Shown: positions 20,406 through 30,007, numbered from the stretch's first letter. The stretch is 64,000 nt of DNA from Alphaproteobacteria bacterium (GCA_017466695.1 JAFTTR010000002.1:166832-230831), one strand, 5' to 3'. The notes: generated by a model not told the origin, from the letters alone. A program made the numbers and translations.

Positions 20406-21561
20406 ATTCATAAAAATCTCATATCAAAAATTTCAACACTTAAAAAATTAAAAATTATTTTATAGTTCTCATTTTTTTAATAAAGAGAAAAATATGCCTA
20501 TTTGCACAAAAACGATTGATCCATTTTATCGATAAAAAAATCTTTTTAGAAGAAACCAAAAAAAATAAAATTTAAATAAAATACAACTGATATTTTATTT
20601 ATTTTTTTGGTTATTTATTAAATAATAATAAAGAGAAATTTATGTAATGCTTAAAGTTATTTTTTTAGACCTAAACATATATTTTAAACAACAAAAAAAT
20701 TAAAATCGGTCAAATAAAAATAAAGATTTTTACAAGACTTTTGAGTATCAAAAAATACACTTTTTTATATCAAAACAAATTTTAAAATATTTTTCACCTT
20801 CTTTCATTTACCTTTTATTGATAAATGAATCAAGTCTTATCCAGAATGATTTGAATCTTTTTTTATAAAATTAAAAATTCAACAACTTAAAATCCACAAT
20901 TAATGCATAACATTAAGATTAAAATAATTATATATCATAAGCTAAAATCTATTTTTATTAAAATACATCACTCCTCCTTTCCTCTTAAAAAAAATAATAA
21001 TTTATTTTTCTAAAAAAACTTAAAATTCCTAATTGATAAAATTAACACATCTAAATTTATTGATAAACATCAAAATTACAATAACAATAAAATGTAATTT
21101 GACATATTTAAAGTTTTACATAAATATTTTTCTGCGCTTAAAATAATTAAAAGTCCCCTTCTCCCCCTTGCCCAATATTCAATTTTATTTTTAAAGGAAA
21201 AATTTCTTTTCAAAAAACTCTATCTTCTTATCAAAATAAATACATACACCTCAAATTTAAGCTCCACGTTTCAATTTAGCTTATTTACCCCTTTTCAAAA
21301 TTTTCAAAAAACAAAACTTAACTCTATGATTTTAAAAATATTTTTATAATTTTTATCGCAGGCAAAAGCCGTTTTACACAAAAATTAAATCAATCATTCA
21401 ACCAACTTATCAAAATCATCCCTTATATTTTGCCTTTAAAACTTTTATAAAAGGCCTTCAAGTGTAAAAAATTTTTTTATTGAAAAAATAACCATTTAGA
21501 TATAAAATGATTTTAATTATTTTGTATCAACGAATCCAATATGAATATCAAAGGAGAAAAA

Positions 21562-21969
21562 ATGATCGAAATTTCAATGGCTGTTGTTGTTCATGATGAT
21601 AAAATACTTATTGCTCAACGTAAAAAGGGTAAATTTCCAGAACTTATGTGGGAATTTCCAGGAGGTAAACTTGAACAAGGAGAAACATTAGAAGAATGTG
21701 TCGCTCGAGAATTTAAAGAAGAACTAGAAAAAGAAATCACCGTGAAAAATCTTTTCATGTCTCATGTTCACACCTATGAAAACAAGGGCGATTTTCGGTT
21801 GAATGCCTTTTGGGCAACCTGCCAAACTGATGCCCTCCCTGCTCTTCATGAACACAATGCTGCAAAATGGGTCTCTCTAACAGAGTTAAACAATTTTGAC
21901 TTTTGCCCAGCTGACATTCCTTTTATAACAGCGTTGAAAGAATTAAAAAGTTTGCCAGTTTTAGATTAA
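21562..21969 (+). CDS. NUDIX hydrolase (MutT-like)
   Basis: Nudix box 'GGKLEQGETLEECVAREFKEELEKEI'. The start was set at the ATG with the AAGGAG RBS. Confidence 0.75.
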   Translation: MIEISMAVVVHDDKILIAQRKKGKFPELMWEFPGGKLEQGETLEECVAREFKEELEKEITVKNLFMSHVHTYENKGDFRLNAFWATCQTDALPALHEHNAAKWVSLTELNNFDFCPADIPFITALKELKSLPVLD

Positions 21970-21997
21970 GAGTCAAAAACTTTTAAATTCATTTTTT

Positions 21998-22225
21998 ATG
22001 AAGAAGATTCCCTTGTTTTTTTTGCAAGGGTATCTTTTTTTTGTTGGTCCAAGGCTTCATTTAGGAAATCCATTTTTTCATCCCCATCTGACGGAGAAAC
22101 ATTTGGCTGACACTCCCCTTGACCAGAACAATCAAGACTCCACTCTATTTCCTCTTCTTTTGGGAATTCTTTTTTTAGCGTCAATCGTTTTAATTTACTT
22201 TCTGCGATTTGCAAAAAAGGCTTAA
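21998..22225 (+). CDS. Hypothetical small membrane protein (uncertain; an overlapping antisense ORF at 21996-22274 is an alternative)
   Basis: 75-aa ORF with a C-terminal TM helix, co-directional with the flanking genes. No homology recognised. The 92-aa charged ORF on the opposite strand is equally possible. Confidence 0.2.
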   Translation: MKKIPLFFLQGYLFFVGPRLHLGNPFFHPHLTEKHLADTPLDQNNQDSTLFPLLLGILFLASIVLIYFLRFAKKA

Positions 22226-22445
22226 ATGTTAATAAAATATATCTCTTTTTGGTTTCTTTTTTTTCACTTGTCATGTAACACTCCTTTTATTCAAATAGCA
22301 TTTATTTGAATAAAAACAATCTATACTTTTTTCCTTTTTTCAAAAAAAATCGTATTAATTTCTTTTTTTTCCTAAAAAAATATTTACGTGTTTGAAAATT
22401 CCTGTTATAATAAATTATAGGGATTGTTTTTTAAGGGGGTCATAA

Positions 22446-23951
22446 ATGGTATTTTGGGCAACCATGCTTAGCTTTATCGTCAGCGTACTTCTAGCACTTA
22501 TTTATCCTAGAAGCGATAAGCATATGGTTGAAAATGTGCCCATTGCTGAATCATATATTGCCTCTTTTGTAACACAGCACCAATCAGCTATTGACTATGC
22601 TAATTCTATTTCTCTTGCTATGCCCTATCTTTTAACCTCCTTGGGAAATGATGTAGCAGCTGCTGCAGATGATGGAACAAACGCTGCAACTGAGCGGCTT
22701 ATCCATGTGTTTAAAGATGATTTTAATGACAACTTTATCCCAACTATAGCCCCCACTGAAGGGCATATGGCCCCTTCCTTTAATTTACTCCCTGGCCCTG
22801 ACGGAGGATACACCTCAGCCCTTGTGTGTCTAAATAGAGTTGACGACAAAGAAAATAGCATTGATGAAGAAGGCAATAGTATTTGGGGAACAACTTCAAC
22901 TTATGGAGATATTGTTTCTTGCAGAACAAATGACACCACTTTTAAATATGTTTTAACCTATGGAACACTCTATCCTAACGCAGAAGAGTCTCGTGTTATT
23001 TTTAGGAACAAACGTCTTTTATGGGAAAAAGCCCTTGTCAAACGCACAAAAAACACCTATGACTGTGGTTTTATTGAGGAAGGTGGTATGACATCTGATG
23101 GAAAAGCTCACGTGATGAGTTTGAACGCTCAAGGGCGCAAAATCCCTGAAAGAATATTTGAATTTTATAAACCATATGTTCAAGAATACAACCTCACGAA
23201 CGGTATTCTTTTTTGCATTACCCCTATTAACACTCCCTATATCACAAGTGGGTTACTCTACCACTTTGACGCCATTGTTAATTCAATTAATTCCGGGACA
23301 ACCATTGATCATAGAGAAGAAATGTCTGGTTGGACAAATATTGTTACAACCTTGGACGTTGGAATAGAAGGTGAAGCCAACGCTATGTGGCATCCACAAG
23401 AAGCTATTCCTTTAGGTCTTAGAGGAAACCATCAGATGTCCCTTGATGTTTGGGATGCAATAAATGATACCAGCTCTTTGGGGACTTCTTTCACCCTTTC
23501 TTTTGTGATTAATTTTATTAGACCTGATGAAGGCACTATTACAGAAAAAATGCCTGTGTTTGGATCAACACAAAACACTGTTTATCCTAGAATGCTTAGC
23601 TCTTATGAAAATGGCAAATTTCAAGTCACATTGATGAAAGATGAATGGTTTAAATTAGGGGAAATTGAAACAAGAATCCCTCAAACAGCGACCACATCCA
23701 TCACCTATGTTGTTACCCCTTCAACTCATCAACTGTACATCAATGGCCAACTCATCAAAACAGAACGTTATCAAAGAGATGATTGGTTTACCTCTTTAAA
23801 AACGTCCAGTTTAGTTATCGGCGCTGACGCATCTTTTGGACCAACAAGATTACAAGCTGACATTTATAATATCAAAGTGTATAACAGAGCATTGACTGAA
23901 AAAGAAATACAACACAACCTTAAAACAGATAGGAAACGCTTTAACTTTTAA
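22446..23951 (+). CDS. Membrane-anchored surface protein with C-terminal LamG/concanavalin-A-like lectin domain
   Basis: N-terminal hydrophobic anchor 'MVFWATMLSFIVSVLLALIYP'. C-terminal '...SSLVIGADASFGPTRLQADIYNIKVYNRALTEKEIQHN' is typical of LamG_3/pentraxin-like folds. Strong AAGGGGG RBS, with a TAA immediately upstream in frame. Confidence 0.6.
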   Translation: MVFWATMLSFIVSVLLALIYPRSDKHMVENVPIAESYIASFVTQHQSAIDYANSISLAMPYLLTSLGNDVAAAADDGTNAATERLIHVFKDDFNDNFIPTIAPTEGHMAPSFNLLPGPDGGYTSALVCLNRVDDKENSIDEEGNSIWGTTSTYGDIVSCRTNDTTFKYVLTYGTLYPNAEESRVIFRNKRLLWEKALVKRTKNTYDCGFIEEGGMTSDGKAHVMSLNAQGRKIPERIFEFYKPYVQEYNLTNGILFCITPINTPYITSGLLYHFDAIVNSINSGTTIDHREEMSGWTNIVTTLDVGIEGEANAMWHPQEAIPLGLRGNHQMSLDVWDAINDTSSLGTSFTLSFVINFIRPDEGTITEKMPVFGSTQNTVYPRMLSSYENGKFQVTLMKDEWFKLGEIETRIPQTATTSITYVVTPSTHQLYINGQLIKTERYQRDDWFTSLKTSSLVIGADASFGPTRLQADIYNIKVYNRALTEKEIQHNLKTDRKRFNF

Positions 23952-23966
23952 AGCAAGGAGGCAAAA

Positions 23967-25709
23967 ATGAAGAGACAAACAAAAAAACAAGAACAAGGCG
24001 CCATTATCATCGAGATTATTGCCGTCATTGCGCTTTTAGGTGTTATGGGCCCTTTGCTTTTTAGACAAATTTCTAATCGTAATGAAGAAGTTGAAAATAT
24101 TAATATTGCAACAGAAGTTCGCATTATCAAAGAAGCTTTATCTTCTTATATCCTTTCTCACCATGCTGAAATTGCAGCGACTGCTCGTCAAAATAGAGAA
24201 ACACTCAGTACAGATGTTGGTGTTGGTCAACTTAGCGACTTTTTACCAACAGGCTATGAAGATATCGCCACCGGTTATAGGATGAGCGTCTTGCTTGATG
24301 AAAACAAAGCTGGAGGTGATCGGTTGCAAGGATATATCGTCCCAGATTTAGAAGCACTTGGATTGCCTGAAATGAACATTCGCCGTGTTGCTCGAATTTC
24401 AAACCTTATTGGAGCTGATGGTGGAATTTATATTAATGGCGATCAATTCATCCATGGAACAGGTGGTGCTTGGCAATTAGAATCTGCAGAACTCGCAGCT
24501 AACTTACCAGCAGATGAACATACATTTGTCGCTACAACAGGTATGGATACATTTGTCCCAACTGTTAATTTCGAAGATTTTGATCCAAGTAATATTAATC
24601 TTCCTAATGATTTAGCCCTTGGCAGATTACATGCATGGAACTATTTTTCAGTTGGACAAATCCAAAATGGTATTGGCAGTTGTTTTACACTCAATCACCA
24701 TAATCCTGCAACTGGAACAACAGGGAATCCTGACGTGATTTTTGAAGCTGGGCAAAACGATTGTTCTCCTCTTTTTTGGGTTGGTAGCAGTACGGATGGG
24801 ACCATTTCAGGGGATGCCGTTGTTAAACAAAAATTACATTTAAGAAGTTCTCCAAATAATACTTCTTCCATTATTTTATCCAGTGGACATGATAAAGTGG
24901 ATTCAACACCTGAAGAAAGAAACCAAGCAAGAAGCATTAAAGTTTTTGATGTTACTGGAAAGGAAATTATTTCAATTGATGCAACAGGCTCCATTTCTGT
25001 CGTTGGGAGTACTGTTCTTAATACAGCGGACAGACTGACTGGAACTGGTGATAATGAAAAATTAACCATCAAAAATGGACGCATTGATTCTAACGTCCTT
25101 GCTCCTGCTACAAAAGAGGATATCAGATTATTCGAAAATCCAACAATTGGAGATATCACCTACTCTCTCGATCCAAGATACACTTCTGTTATGAATGACA
25201 TTAGACTTGAATCACGGGGTGGCGCAAGATTAAGCGATTTACTCCCAACCTATTCGTTAAAAGAAATCAAAACAATCTCGTCACCAGGCACAGCTGGGAC
25301 AACTGAAACAATTTATGTTCCCGCTTGCCCAAAATTACACTATCCTGCCATTATGGTCACACCAGTGAGTTGGCATCAAAACAGTGAACAAGAAATTATC
25401 GACACTGTTAAAGGAAACCTTACAGCTCAAGCAGATGGCACATTAAAGCAGTCAACAATTGTTAATCCTAACGCTGCTCATCCAGTGCAACCTCGTGTTA
25501 CAATTACATATAGTGACGCTGTCGATAATGATTATGTTCAAGAACTTCCAAGATCGGGAGGCACTTGGCACGTTTCATTAACTTATGTCAGAAATGAGCA
25601 ATTGGTTAACACCCCCATTCCAACCCAAATCAAGGCTATTGTACACACTTATTGCGTCTTTGATACTGCAAGCCGAGTAAACGCTGATAGGCCTGATTCA
25701 GAGAAATAA
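23967..25709 (+). CDS. Large (580 aa) type-IV-pilin-like protein with class III (prepilin) signal peptide
   Basis: N-terminus 'MKRQTKKQEQG|AIIIEIIAVIALLGVMGPLLF' has a charged leader, Gly at -1, Glu at +5 and a hydrophobic helix, matching the prepilin cleavage/methylation motif. AGGAGG RBS lies 8 nt upstream, 15 nt after the preceding gene. Confidence 0.6.
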   Translation: MKRQTKKQEQGAIIIEIIAVIALLGVMGPLLFRQISNRNEEVENINIATEVRIIKEALSSYILSHHAEIAATARQNRETLSTDVGVGQLSDFLPTGYEDIATGYRMSVLLDENKAGGDRLQGYIVPDLEALGLPEMNIRRVARISNLIGADGGIYINGDQFIHGTGGAWQLESAELAANLPADEHTFVATTGMDTFVPTVNFEDFDPSNINLPNDLALGRLHAWNYFSVGQIQNGIGSCFTLNHHNPATGTTGNPDVIFEAGQNDCSPLFWVGSSTDGTISGDAVVKQKLHLRSSPNNTSSIILSSGHDKVDSTPEERNQARSIKVFDVTGKEIISIDATGSISVVGSTVLNTADRLTGTGDNEKLTIKNGRIDSNVLAPATKEDIRLFENPTIGDITYSLDPRYTSVMNDIRLESRGGARLSDLLPTYSLKEIKTISSPGTAGTTETIYVPACPKLHYPAIMVTPVSWHQNSEQEIIDTVKGNLTAQADGTLKQSTIVNPNAAHPVQPRVTITYSDAVDNDYVQELPRSGGTWHVSLTYVRNEQLVNTPIPTQIKAIVHTYCVFDTASRVNADRPDSEK

Positions 25710-25735
25710 GGTTTGTGGAATAGCTTAATAACTTA

Positions 25736-25782
25736 CAACCCCATTGGTTCCTCCTTCCAATGGGGTTTGTTTTCATTTTCTT
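25736..25782. terminator. Rho-independent terminator of the pilin-like operon
   Basis: aaccccattgg..ccaatggggtt 11-bp stem followed by a T-rich tract. Confidence 0.6.
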
Positions 25783-25813
25783 CAATAATATACTTCTCGT
25801 AGCCCCTCTTCAT

Positions 25814-26305
25814 TTTTAACGAGATTTAATCCAATTAGATAAAGCAAAATACCTTCTTGTCAAGGTACATAGACGTACATAAAAGAAGGCGTTTTGCTTA
25901 AGCTTGGAGATATAAAACTTTTAACGAGATATATCAAGAAAAAATCCCACTTAGGCGAAAAAAGTAGGCTTTCGTTTTAACGAGATTTAATCTAGTTAGA
26001 TAATGAAAAACGCCCACTCGCCGTGTGCATAGACGCACATAAGACAGCGTTTTGAATATACCACGCCCTAAAGATTTTAACGAGATATATATCAAGAAAA
26101 AATCCCACTTAGGCGAAAAAAGTAGGCTTTCGTTTTAACGAGATTTAATCTGGTTAGATAATGAAAAACGCCCACTCGCCGTGTGCATAGACGCACATAA
26201 GACAGCGTTTTGAATATACCACGCTCTAAAGCTTTTAACGAGATATATCAAGAAAAAATCCCACTCGCCGTGTACATAGACGTACATAAGAGTGGGATTT
26301 TTGAA
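25814..26305. repeat. Mosaic tandem repeat array (~57-bp A units alternating with ~110-bp B units), each B unit carrying an A-run/hairpin/T-run
   Basis: The 12-mer 'ttttaacgagat' recurs at ~25814, 25917, 25974, 26085, 26144 and 26232. Units 25917-26084 and 26085-26231 are near-identical. The core 'cccactcgccgtgt[g/a]catagacg[c/t]acataag' recurs. The final unit is an A/B fusion that forms a perfect aaaaaatcccactc...gagtgggattttt hairpin. Confidence 0.8.
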
Positions 26306-26332
26306 TTGAGATACTCGCTAAAAGCTTTAGGA

Positions 26333-26947
26333 TTAGCGTGAGTAGAACTCGATGACCAAATTTGGTTCCATTTGAGTTGCATATGGAATATCAGCTAATT
26401 GAGGAACACGGATGAATTTACCTGTACCTGCTTTTGCATCAACTTCCATATATTCTGGAACTTCACGATCTGTAGCTGCTAATGCATCAATGACAAGAGC
26501 CATTTCTTTTGCTTTAGAGCGAATTGAAATTTCATCACCTGGACGAACAAGGTATGAAGGGATGTTAACTTTTTTACCATTAACAAGAACGTGACCATGG
26601 TTAACAAACTGACGAGCAGCGAAAACAGATGGCACAAATTTCATACGATAAACAACTGAATCCAAGCGTGTTTCTAAAATACCAACGAGGTTTTCAGAGC
26701 TATCCCCTTTACGACGAATAGCTTCAGCGTAGTATTTACGTAATTGTTTTTCGGATACGTTCCCATACACACCTTTTAATTTTTGTTTAGCGTGTAATTG
26801 AACACCGTAGTCTGTCAATTTTTTACGGTTGGCACCGTGTTGACCAGGACCATAATTTCTTTTTTCAACTGGAGATTTTGCTTTACCCCATAAGTTAACG
26901 CCTAAACGGCGGTCAATTTTAAATTTAGAACTTAATCTTTTTGACAT
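26333..26947 (-). CDS. rpsD: 30S ribosomal protein S4
   Basis: '[22 protein letters not shown]...' is a canonical S4 N-terminus with an S4 RNA-binding domain. Confidence 0.95.
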   Translation of the reverse strand: MSKRLSSKFKIDRRLGVNLWGKAKSPVEKRNYGPGQHGANRKKLTDYGVQLHAKQKLKGVYGNVSEKQLRKYYAEAIRRKGDSSENLVGILETRLDSVVYRMKFVPSVFAARQFVNHGHVLVNGKKVNIPSYLVRPGDEISIRSKAKEMALVIDALAATDREVPEYMEVDAKAGTGKFIRVPQLADIPYATQMEPNLVIEFYSR

Positions 26948-26949
26948 AA

Positions 26950-27130
26950 TATACCTTTCTTAAATAGCCAGCGCATCTGTAAAAGAAGAAAACAAACACG
27001 CCTTGTTGTCCCCGATAGTCTTTGACCGAATTGCCAAAGCGTGGCCTTAACCTATTGTTAACACCCGCATTCTCAGGGAATGGATGTATTTTATAGAAAA
27101 AGCTTTTAAAAGTCAAGTATTTTTTTAAGA
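26950..27130 (-). promoter_or_regulatory. GC-rich structured 5' leader of rpsD (candidate S4 autoregulatory element)
   Basis: About 50% GC in ~25% GC surroundings. Complementary segments (cacgc/gcgtg, ctttg/caaag, ggtg/cacc) lie upstream of the AAGAAAGG RBS. The 63-aa ORF here is probably spurious. Confidence 0.3.
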
Positions 27131-27165
27131 TAGAAGCAAATTAAAATACCCAAAAAAATGTTTTT

Positions 27166-28449
27166 TTATCTATTCCTACTTTGAGGTTGATAAGCTGCTA
27201 AAGGCTCTTCTTGCACATAAGTTCCAGCCTGTTGCAATGTGTTTTGAGCCACACCAAGCTGTCTTGCCAAATTTGGATTAGCCTCTCTCAACCCTGCAAG
27301 AACCATTGCTTTAATTCTTGGATCGCCTTTATCTAACTCTTTGATACTCTTTAACTTATCTTGAATAGGAACCTTAGGATTTGTTAAATAAACAAGCTTT
27401 GTAACAGAATATAACCTCCTATATTCAGAGGGATTTTCATTTAAAAGATTATTAAACCAGCGTTGTCTATCAGCAGCAGACATTTTACTTGTATCCAGCA
27501 CATAATAAATTGGATCCTCTTTCAAACTTCTAAACCTAACTTTTCTTTTAACTTCATCTGTTTGACTGATAAAATCAGTATATCTATTTTTTTTCATATC
27601 ATTTAAAAAATCTTCAACATAATCAGATTGTTTCTTAGATTTAGAGTCCATTTTATTATAATCTTTACGCGTTTGCTTGTGAACTTTCTCAATATTGTTA
27701 AATTCTCGATACAATTCTTCTGTTTGATTGTTTAAATTAACCCACTCTTTAGCCGTTTTATAAACATCATCCGTTTTAAATTTTGGATCAAGCTGTGGAA
27801 ACGCAGATGGCGTTTGTTGACAATATCCGATATTGTCTTCTAATGTTTTTGCATAGCTCGGATCTTGTTTTTGAATATCTTTTAAGATTTTTTCTCTCTC
27901 AGCTGCTGGCAAAGAGGCCAAATAAACAGCTGACATTAGCATCTTTTTACGACAAATAGCTTTGGATTTGTTGAGCTTGTCGAATTTTTCTTCAAACCTT
28001 TTGGTCTGTTCATAGGTTTCACCCACAACTGTGCGCTCTTTTCCATCCTCACCAATCACTTTAGAATCCCACTTTATAATACCTCTTTTCAACAAATCAA
28101 CAACCCTGTCTGTATTACTCCAAAAAGCTCTTGAACTTGATAAAAGTTGTTGTGCTTCAAGACGAAGCTGTTCCATTTTGATTCTTTGTTCAGAAACAAA
28201 AGCTGTCGCTGCATCTTGTTTTTCATCCAATCGAAACTCTTTGATAGCGATATTAATTTGTTCCTTAATCCCTGCTGAAATCTGGGGATCTGAAGAGAGT
28301 TGATCCAAGCCTCGTGCATCTTTGTATTGATGAATATAGGTCATAAAAACAAGCTTTTCAGCCGAACTCATTGAGGAAATATTTTTACCCACAAATGAAT
28401 TTAAACCCCGAACATAGCTTGGTTCTTTTTTACTTTGACTTGTAACCAT
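27166..28449 (-). CDS. Hypothetical coiled-coil protein (effector-like, no recognised domain)
   Basis: 427 aa, Lys/Glu/Gln-rich with predicted long helices. No signal peptide or TM. GGGGGAG RBS. Adjacent to the ankyrin genes. Confidence 0.55.
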   Translation of the reverse strand: MVTSQSKKEPSYVRGLNSFVGKNISSMSSAEKLVFMTYIHQYKDARGLDQLSSDPQISAGIKEQINIAIKEFRLDEKQDAATAFVSEQRIKMEQLRLEAQQLLSSSRAFWSNTDRVVDLLKRGIIKWDSKVIGEDGKERTVVGETYEQTKRFEEKFDKLNKSKAICRKKMLMSAVYLASLPAAEREKILKDIQKQDPSYAKTLEDNIGYCQQTPSAFPQLDPKFKTDDVYKTAKEWVNLNNQTEELYREFNNIEKVHKQTRKDYNKMDSKSKKQSDYVEDFLNDMKKNRYTDFISQTDEVKRKVRFRSLKEDPIYYVLDTSKMSAADRQRWFNNLLNENPSEYRRLYSVTKLVYLTNPKVPIQDKLKSIKELDKGDPRIKAMVLAGLREANPNLARQLGVAQNTLQQAGTYVQEEPLAAYQPQSRNR

Positions 28450-28721
28450 TTTCTCCCCCCATTTTGTAAAAAAAGGACGTTTTTTTTACAAATATTTTGC
28501 CCTTACCTTTTTATTATACCATAATTTAGGTTTCTTGTATACTAATTTTTGAAAAAAAAGGCTTTTTTTTGAAAATTTTCCTTTAAAGAGAAATTCTATA
28601 CAAATGTGTAAAAAAAACGGTCCTTTTTTTTACACAAACCAACTTCTTTCTAACCTACTCATTTTAAACAGGTTTTAAGGTACAAAAAATCATTTTTTTT
28701 GCAAATCAGAAAAAACAGGCT

Positions 28722-29978
28722 CTAACCATTTGTGCGTTCATTTAATGAACGCCCTAAATTTGGCAAGACTTGGTTTTGCGCAATATTTTGTGGCTTAATT
28801 TGATGCCTTCTTATCACATCAAGAATATATTCATTCTCTCGCATCATAACCCAATATAAAGCGCTTTTGCCATATTTATCTTTTATATTTATATCAGCTC
28901 CTGCTTGGAGTAACAAATCTAATATCTCATCATCATATCTGTCAACAGCAACTCTTGCAAGTGTTTGACCATCTTCAAAAGTAACATTCACATCAGCGCC
29001 TTTTTCAATCAAAAAACGAATCACTTCTTTTTTTTGATAAATAAATGCCCATTGCAAAGGCGTTTTATTCTCAAAACCAATCTCATTTATATCTGCACCT
29101 TTTTCAAGTAGTTTACCCGCCAATTCAATATCCCCACTTGAAGCAGCAATATTCAAAGGTGAAATCTCATTTTCATCTCTTAAATTCACATCAGCACCCT
29201 GTTCAATCAAAAACAGAGCCACCTCTTTATCCCCTTTTCGCATAAAACGAATTAAAGGCGTTTCTTTAAAAATATTTTGCGCATTCAGATTTGCCCCAGC
29301 TTCCACAAGCGTTTTAACAATATGATAGCAATTTTGAGCATGATAATATGTTTTTAAATCATTAGACAAATCAGGTGTATCTAAAGCAACAATAGAACCC
29401 CTATCATTACCACTTGCATAATGCAACGCTGTTTCTAATCGGCCATCTCTTCGATTAACATCTGCTCCCACCTCTAAAAGATTTTTAACCATATACAGTG
29501 AAGAAATCTTGGCTGCTTGCATTAAAATTGTCTGACCATCTTCACCCCCTTGCGCATTGATATCATGCCAATAATTAGCAAAAAGGCGATTACTTAAACT
29601 GCTCCAATCTCCTGTTCTTAAAGCACTCACACAACTTCTATATTGGTTTTGATATCTAAATGCAAATGTGTTTAACAAGTCTTCTGCTTGAAATTGGCGA
29701 TGTACTTGAGCCACTTTTTCAGCTGTTAAGCCTTGACCCCAATATTCCTCATTTATTTTCCCAGAACGCTGATACAAACTCGCCCCTTTTGAAACAAGCA
29801 ATTTTATAATCTCTTGATAGCCATGTTTTGCAGCCACCATAAGAGGGGTTAAATTTTCTTCATTATAAGAATGAAGGGGAACATTCTTTTTTAAAAGTTC
29901 TTCAACAGCTTTTATATCATTTGCTTTAATCGCTTCAAAAAGATTTGCTTCAATAGATGAAATTTGACTTGTTTGCAT
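28722..29978 (-). CDS. Ankyrin-repeat protein
   Basis: At least 8 ANK repeats ('NLTPLMVAAKHGYQEIIKLLVSKGASL', 'GQTILMQAAKISSLYMVKNLLEVGADVN', 'ETALHYASGND', 'ISPLNIAASSGDIELAGKLLEKGADIN', 'KTPLQWAFIYQKKEVIRFLIEKGADVN', ...). Confidence 0.85.
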   Translation of the reverse strand: MQTSQISSIEANLFEAIKANDIKAVEELLKKNVPLHSYNEENLTPLMVAAKHGYQEIIKLLVSKGASLYQRSGKINEEYWGQGLTAEKVAQVHRQFQAEDLLNTFAFRYQNQYRSCVSALRTGDWSSLSNRLFANYWHDINAQGGEDGQTILMQAAKISSLYMVKNLLEVGADVNRRDGRLETALHYASGNDRGSIVALDTPDLSNDLKTYYHAQNCYHIVKTLVEAGANLNAQNIFKETPLIRFMRKGDKEVALFLIEQGADVNLRDENEISPLNIAASSGDIELAGKLLEKGADINEIGFENKTPLQWAFIYQKKEVIRFLIEKGADVNVTFEDGQTLARVAVDRYDDEILDLLLQAGADINIKDKYGKSALYWVMMRENEYILDVIRRHQIKPQNIAQNQVLPNLGRSLNERTNG

Positions 29979-30007
29979 TTAACACCTCAATTGATTTTTA
30001 ACAATTA

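Noticed and set aside
20406-21540. Chromosomal origin of replication in the long AT-rich spacer
   Set aside because: No cluster of DnaA boxes, only isolated near-matches. No hemE/dnaA neighbourhood, no obvious gene-orientation switch, and few GANTC sites.
25814-26305. Possible CRISPR array (regular 12-mer 'ttttaacgagat' recurrence)
   Set aside because: The sequences between the recurring motif are themselves repeated (A and B units alternate and are near-identical between copies), unit lengths are unequal (57 and 110 bp), and no cas genes are nearby. It is a tandem repeat, not repeat-spacer architecture.
26925-27116. 63-aa ORF in the rpsD upstream region
   Set aside because: It overlaps the rpsD start and the GC-rich leader. 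The composition is dominated by the structured element and no RBS is present, so it is more likely non-coding leader RNA.
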